Source: an uncultured Alphaproteobacteria bacterium
GTDB taxonomy: Bacteria; Pseudomonadota; Alphaproteobacteria; ATCC43930; CGMCC-115725
DNA length: 64,000 bases
Direction: 5' to 3'
Assembly (NCBI GenBank): GCA_963736715.1
Contig: CAVTQA010000027.1
Span: 127,979 to 191,978 of the forward strand
The notes under the pieces are model-generated. The model was not told the origin of the DNA, did not search any database, and saw nothing but the letters and a program-made list of their open reading frames with translations. Shown piece after piece: positions 59,435-64,000 of the stretch (position 1 is the stretch's first letter; each line of letters opens with the position of its first letter). The position numbers and the translations under genes were made by a program.

Positions 59435-60685
59435 TTAACCATCTTGAGTCAGGTCTGGGTTACGATATCCGTATCCTCTCCGATACGCTTGAATTTTTTC
59501 GTCGAGCACCTCGCAAAGCGCCGCAAGCCCGCGAGCCCGTAGCGGTGCCAATAGATCCTCGTATGTAACTGCTCGGTCGCCGACCGGCCCCAGATTGTTC
59601 CACAGCTGGATCGGGGTGAGGCTCGGGCCGAGCGCCGCAGTCTCCTCGACCCCGGCAGCCAACAGCTCGAGGCGCGTGCGCAGGCACTTTTCGCAAACCC
59701 CGCAGTTCAGCTCATCGCCCGGATTGCTCGGGCAGACCCGCAAGGCGGCAAGCGCGGCCGGCCAACTTGCCAGCTCGCGCACCTTCTGGAAGCGAGCAAA
59801 TCGCGCCCCATCATGGATGACGGTGACGCGTTGGCTGGAGAATAGGCCGTCCACCGCCGGGTGCGATCCGATCGGGACAGGATTGGCGATGTCATGCGAG
59901 GCGGCGATAAACAGAAACGCTGTCCCGCAGATTGCCGCATGACCGACAGCAGCCAGTGCCGCCCCGTTGTGCCGATAGTACCAGAAATCAGGCCTCGAGG
60001 GCAGGTGGCGTAGGTTGGTGCGGCACCAGATCAGGCGCAGGCCGGCTTCTGCGGCTAACGGCTCCAGGTGTCGCAGAGCCGTGCGAAAGCGGGCGTCCTC
60101 CGGATCCCGCGCTCGCTTCCCAATATCAAATCCATGGATGAAGAGAGCGTCGCGGATATATGCGGGATCCTCCCGTCGGTAAAGCCGACGGTTCCGCATC
60201 AGCATATGAAGGCCATCAACCCCGCCAGAGAGAAATGCTACACCCCGGCGAGCGCCCGTGAGCCCCGCGCGGGCTACACGACCGGAGGTTTCGATGGCGG
60301 GCATCGCCGACGCCCCACCCCAACTTGTCCACCAAGCATGAGCCGTATAGAGGCCCTCGACCAGCATCGGGCAAGGTTGACCCTCGATTCGAACCCTCAA
60401 CTCTCCGTGCGCTATCGCAAGAGGAAAACACGCGGCCAGGAAGGCGTCCGCGTAGGGCTCGTCGGCCGCTTGATCGAGCCCACCGCTGTGTGTTTCGAAG
60501 ATGAGCTCCTGATCGGGGTACTCGCGATCCTCCCACGACACGGTTGCGAAAACGACCCTCGCGTCGCTGTTGGCAATCAAGCCAAAATCGCGAATAATCA
60601 ATCGGGTATCCTTTCCGCCTCGGCAAAGGTGCAGCGGACGCCGGGAAAACCGTTCGCGAACGCAGCTGGCACACTGCCTCGCCAT
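59435..60685 (-). CDS. PP-loop ATP-pyrophosphatase superfamily protein, QueC-like core with ~150-aa N-terminal extension
   Basis: 416 aa. The PP-loop variant VAFLSGGVDGLHML and the C-terminal Cys cluster NCGVCEKCLRTRLEL are arranged as in the QueC SGGxDS...CGxCxxC layout. The N-terminal domain is unassigned and the start is uncertain. Confidence 0.55.
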   Translation of the reverse strand: MARQCASCVRERFSRRPLHLCRGGKDTRLIIRDFGLIANSDARVVFATVSWEDREYPDQELIFETHSGGLDQAADEPYADAFLAACFPLAIAHGELRVRIEGQPCPMLVEGLYTAHAWWTSWGGASAMPAIETSGRVARAGLTGARRGVAFLSGGVDGLHMLMRNRRLYRREDPAYIRDALFIHGFDIGKRARDPEDARFRTALRHLEPLAAEAGLRLIWCRTNLRHLPSRPDFWYYRHNGAALAAVGHAAICGTAFLFIAASHDIANPVPIGSHPAVDGLFSSQRVTVIHDGARFARFQKVRELASWPAALAALRVCPSNPGDELNCGVCEKCLRTRLELLAAGVEETAALGPSLTPIQLWNNLGPVGDRAVTYEDLLAPLRARGLAALCEVLDEKIQAYRRGYGYRNPDLTQDG

Positions 60686-60936
60686 TTAAGGTTAATCCGA
60701 TCCGCGTCAAAAAAACGTCATTCAGCTCGGGCGGCAGCAATTCGTTAGCAAACCGTTAGGGCGAAAGCCCCGCTCCGATTATATCTGCCCGGTCGGTCGG
60801 CTCGAGCATCTCCGACAATTCCGACCTGCTGCAGAGCAGCACTCCTCGGCGATGCCCTGACCCGGAGAGCTGGGATCTGTGCTGGGCCGCAGGATCCCGG
60901 TCTAGGAGGTGCTCTCCCCTGAAAGAGGGAGTTCGC

Positions 60937-62208
60937 TTGCTAAGTTTACTCAGCACCAGCCTCGACGGAGCAACCGGGTTTACCAATGCGAGCCGTCGCC
61001 TTCTATTGCTGACCCTGACCATCACCTCCTCCCTCGGGCTGATCGCTTCGACCATCTACGTCCCGTCCGTCCCAGCGATCGCCAGCGCGCTTCAGACTTC
61101 GGTATCCCACGTGCAATTGACCTTCGCCGCTTATCTCGCAGCCTTTGCGGTGAGCATGCTTGTACTCGGGCCGTTATCCGACCGCTATGGGCGGAGACGA
61201 ACGATGATCTTCGGCATTTCGTTGGGCGCGCTCGGCAGTATCGCTTGTGCAGCGAGTCCAACAATCGAGTTCCTAATCGGCGCTCGCATTTTGCAGGGGA
61301 TCGGCCTTTCGGGGGGCATGGTCGTCGGCCGGGCCACCATTCGCGACCTCTACGGTGAGGGCGGCGCCGCCCAGGTCATCGCAGGGCTATCCGTTGTCCT
61401 TACTCTCGTGCAGGCCTTCGCTCCGATCCCCGGCGGCTATTTGCAGGCATGGATCGGTTGGCAGGCGAATTTCGCGGCCACCGCGATCCTGGCCGTTGTC
61501 GCTGTGGTTCTGGTCCTGCGATATGTGCCTGAGTCATCCAGGGAGCGACCCTCTCGATCTGAAACCGCGGCCTTGCTCGCCCGAACGATGCTGGCCAGCT
61601 ATCGCAGTTTGCTCCAAACCCGGCGTTTTGCGGCGTACGCACTTACCGCCGCAGGCGCCCATGCGGGCTTCCACATCTTTACCGCCGGCGCGCCGGCGGT
61701 GCTGATCATCGGCCTTGGCATACCTCCGCAAGATTACGGTTACTACGCGTCGCTTCCGCCGATTGGCTTTCTCGTCGGCAGTTTTATGTCCAATCGGCTG
61801 GCGCGGCGCCTCGGCGTCGACAATCTTATTGCGATCGGCAGCGCGGTGCTGATCCCCGCCGGCCTCGCGATGGTGGCCCTCGCAGCGCTGCATTTCAGTA
61901 ATCCGTATGCGCTCGTCGGTCCGATGATCCTAATTTGTTGCGGCAGCGGCCTCATCACGCCCAACGCAGTTGCCGGCAGCCTTGGGGTCAAGGTCGGCAT
62001 CGTCGGCGCGGCCTCGGGTCTGGCAAGCTTTATCCAGATGATCGGAGCTGCCGGTGCAACCGCCGCGCTTTCGCTCGGAGGCAGCGGGAACCCACTCGTG
62101 TTGGCAGTGGTCATCGCCTCTGCCGGCCTCTTCGCGGTGACGGCATTCGGCTCGCTAACTCAGTTTGCCCGGGTTCCTGTGAAAGCGGGGGCGGGCGCTT
62201 CGGTCTAG
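60937..62208 (+). CDS. MFS transporter (Bcr/CflA drug-resistance subfamily-like)
   Basis: 423 aa from a TTG start, 12 predicted TM segments, GPLSDRYGRRRTMIFG (MFS motif A). Confidence 0.85.
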   Translation: MLSLLSTSLDGATGFTNASRRLLLLTLTITSSLGLIASTIYVPSVPAIASALQTSVSHVQLTFAAYLAAFAVSMLVLGPLSDRYGRRRTMIFGISLGALGSIACAASPTIEFLIGARILQGIGLSGGMVVGRATIRDLYGEGGAAQVIAGLSVVLTLVQAFAPIPGGYLQAWIGWQANFAATAILAVVAVVLVLRYVPESSRERPSRSETAALLARTMLASYRSLLQTRRFAAYALTAAGAHAGFHIFTAGAPAVLIIGLGIPPQDYGYYASLPPIGFLVGSFMSNRLARRLGVDNLIAIGSAVLIPAGLAMVALAALHFSNPYALVGPMILICCGSGLITPNAVAGSLGVKVGIVGAASGLASFIQMIGAAGATAALSLGGSGNPLVLAVVIASAGLFAVTAFGSLTQFARVPVKAGAGASV

Positions 62209-63182
62209 CAAGCCATCCCATCCACCGTCTGGTCGATCCGGGCCAGCAACTCCGGCGGCAACGGGCCGGCGTCACCCGCGGCTACGCACTCTGCGAGCTC
62301 CTGCCGGTTCTTGACGCCGAGCACGAGCGTATCGATGTCGAGCGACAGCGCATAGCGATGCGCCAATAGGGCCGGAGTGACGCCCAGTTCTCCGGCGAGC
62401 CGCCGGAAGCCAGCGGCTCGCACATAATCGCGCATCTCGGGGTGGTCCTCGGGCAGTGGCCGATCGATAGCGCTGGTCAGCGCACCGGCCTGGACCGCGC
62501 GGATGCCCATCACGCCGACCCCGTTAGCCCGCGCCGCAGCCATAACCGCGCGCGGCTTCGCCGGCCCCTCGAAGAACTTCAGCCCGCCCGGCGAATCCAA
62601 TAAATTGGCGATGCACTGCACTGCCGAGGGGGCCGGGCGCTCCTCGATCAGTTTGATGATTGTCTCCGGATGACCGATCCCGGTCAGCCCCCAAGCGCCG
62701 ATCAGACCTTCGGCGACCAGCCGTTCGAAAAGCGGACGCACTTGGTCGACGAAGGTCCCGTAGAGGGTCATGCGGGTGGCGGCATCGGGCCGGCGCGCCA
62801 TGTGGTCCGCGTCTGGGACGACATTCGAATGTAGAAAGAACAGATCGAGCCGCGACAGCCGCAGACGCTCGAGGCTTCCTTCGATCGATTGCCGCACCAG
62901 CGGTTCGATATCGGCCGCCGGCGGGTTGCCGAGATTGCATTTGCTGGTGACCCGCACGCCCTCGGGCAACCGGCCCGCGAAAGCCTCGCCAACCACCAGC
63001 TCGGCCTTGCCGTCGCCGTAACGAGGCGCGAGATCGATCCAGTTGATCCCCGCGGCGACCGCCGCGTGCACGGTCGCGATGCATTCGTCGAACGTCGTTT
63101 CGCCCCACACCATGCCGAGGCCGCCCCCACCGAGGGTCAGCAGCGAGGCTGGCGGAAGCTCACCAAAGCTTTTTTGCTGCAT
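62205..63182 (-). CDS. aldo/keto reductase
   Basis: 325 aa. GINWIDLAPRYGDGKAELVVG, LDLFFLHSN, GAWGLTGIG. Confidence 0.85.
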   Translation of the reverse strand: MQQKSFGELPPASLLTLGGGGLGMVWGETTFDECIATVHAAVAAGINWIDLAPRYGDGKAELVVGEAFAGRLPEGVRVTSKCNLGNPPAADIEPLVRQSIEGSLERLRLSRLDLFFLHSNVVPDADHMARRPDAATRMTLYGTFVDQVRPLFERLVAEGLIGAWGLTGIGHPETIIKLIEERPAPSAVQCIANLLDSPGGLKFFEGPAKPRAVMAAARANGVGVMGIRAVQAGALTSAIDRPLPEDHPEMRDYVRAAGFRRLAGELGVTPALLAHRYALSLDIDTLVLGVKNRQELAECVAAGDAGPLPPELLARIDQTVDGMAC

Positions 63183-63464
63183 TTGCAGTCACACAACTCA
63201 TAATTGAGAGACATTATTTCAGGTCGCTGTTTTTACAGCAGATTTACAGCAGGAACTCTTCCATTGGTTGTAGCGCCCAGCAGATCCGAGCCCCGGCCGA
63301 GGTACCTCCACTTGGCGAGAATGCACTAATAAAAAGGCAATTTTGAGGTGATCATCGATCCGGATGCGAGCCCGCGAAACTTTCGGGCGTGCGACCCTGT
63401 TTGCAGGTCACTTACGGGCGCACGGGCGTCCGCTCCGCTTCATCACCGAATGGAGTGCTAAATC

Positions 63465-63821
63465 ATGGGTTTGAAGCAGACCGTCTTTGCCGCGGCCTTA
63501 TTATTGGGCAGTGCCGGATTGGCGATGGCACAAAACACCGCGCCGAGCACGACCAACGGTAATCAAACCGCGCCCTACGCCGGGACTTCGGCCAACCCCA
63601 ATGCGAACGCCACTCGCGCCGGCAATGCCGCGTTGGAGCCGGGGGCCAACAGCTTCACCGAAGGGCAGGCGCGCCGCCGGATCGAAGATCGCGGCTACGC
63701 GAATGTCGGCCAGTTGCACCAGGACCAGAACTCGATCTGGCAGGCCGAGGCGACGAAGGACGGACACCGGGTGCGTGTCGGCGTCGACTTCCGCGGCAAT
63801 GTCGTCGAAGAGAACCGATAG
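63465..63821 (+). CDS. secreted PepSY-like small protein
   Basis: 118 aa. Signal peptide AAALLLGSAGLAMAQ, low-complexity N/T/A linker, C-terminal RRIEDRGYANVGQLHQDQNSIWQAEATKDGHRVRVGVDFRGNVV with PepSY-like periodicity. Confidence 0.45.
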   Translation: MGLKQTVFAAALLLGSAGLAMAQNTAPSTTNGNQTAPYAGTSANPNANATRAGNAALEPGANSFTEGQARRRIEDRGYANVGQLHQDQNSIWQAEATKDGHRVRVGVDFRGNVVEENR

Positions 63822-63832
63822 GAGAACAGACA

Positions 63833-64000
63833 ATGGCAATCCGTACGATCGTCGCGCTTTTCGATGATTACCGCGAAGCCGAGGGCGCAGTTCGTGACCT
63901 CGAATCGACGGGTGTTCCGTCGACCGCTATTAACCTGGTCGCCAATAACGCGGGCAACCGCTACGGCGAGTACCCGCAGTACGGCATCGATCGCCCCGCC
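63833..64000 (+). CDS. general-stress-protein-like (YflT/GsiB-type N-domain), 5' partial at window edge
   Basis: ATG at 63833 after AGGAG. MAIRTIVALFDDYREAEGAVRDLESTGVPSTAINLVANN resembles the stress-protein 17M-like N-domain. The ORF runs off the window. Confidence 0.45.
   Translation, partial: MAIRTIVALFDDYREAEGAVRDLESTGVPSTAINLVANNAGNRYGEYPQYGIDRPA

Noticed and set aside
1-64000. Search for rRNA, tRNA, CRISPR arrays, IS elements, integrases and phage genes
   Set aside because: I found no cloverleaf-like or rRNA-like stretches and no short direct repeats regularly interspaced with spacers. I found no transposase or integrase motifs in any listed ORF. This was visual inspection only, so tRNAscan/Infernal/ISfinder should confirm it.

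Overview
High-G+C (about 65% by eye) chromosomal segment with an alphaproteobacterial, Rhizobiales-like gene repertoire; this is inferred from content such as ALA synthase hemA, a NodT/FUSC/HlyD efflux operon, a Cpa/Tad pilus locus and PAS hybrid kinases. I found no rRNA, tRNA, CRISPR array, transposase or integrase. Left to right: cyclase, SRPBCC and aldo/keto reductase genes; an oxidative-stress cluster (HD protein, catalase, Dps) followed by a hemA with an in-frame TAG; a ba3-like (B-family) haem-copper oxidase operon with three c-type cytochromes (7 CxxCH sites) whose subunits I and II each need two frameshifts to be read; a K+ channel; a four-gene fusaric-acid-type efflux operon; PPK2; a frameshifted K+ channel paralog in inverted orientation; a triply frameshifted SulP/STAS permease; a CorA/ZntB-like gene; an A/T-richer islet carrying a solitary 506-aa TIR-domain protein among gene debris; housekeeping genes (RNA methyltransferases, DUF2461, LysR, orphan sdhA-like flavoprotein, tadA deaminase, thioesterase, amidotransferase, amidohydrolase); and a Flp/Tad pilus locus with no secretin gene, embedded among three paralogous SARP(BTAD)-TPR regulators, a hybrid kinase and a QueC-like PP-loop protein. 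The best candidate for an undescribed system is the lone TIR protein with an unassignable ~360-aa C-terminal region (27331..28851). The second theme is structural. The window is a mosaic of paralogous fragments: an OMF 3' end, an aaeX-like 5' end, inverted channel genes and tandem regulators. It also shows a clustered excess of disrupted genes. From sequence alone I cannot separate genuine pseudogenisation from indel errors in the assembly. All similarity statements come from reading the translations, not from database searches.
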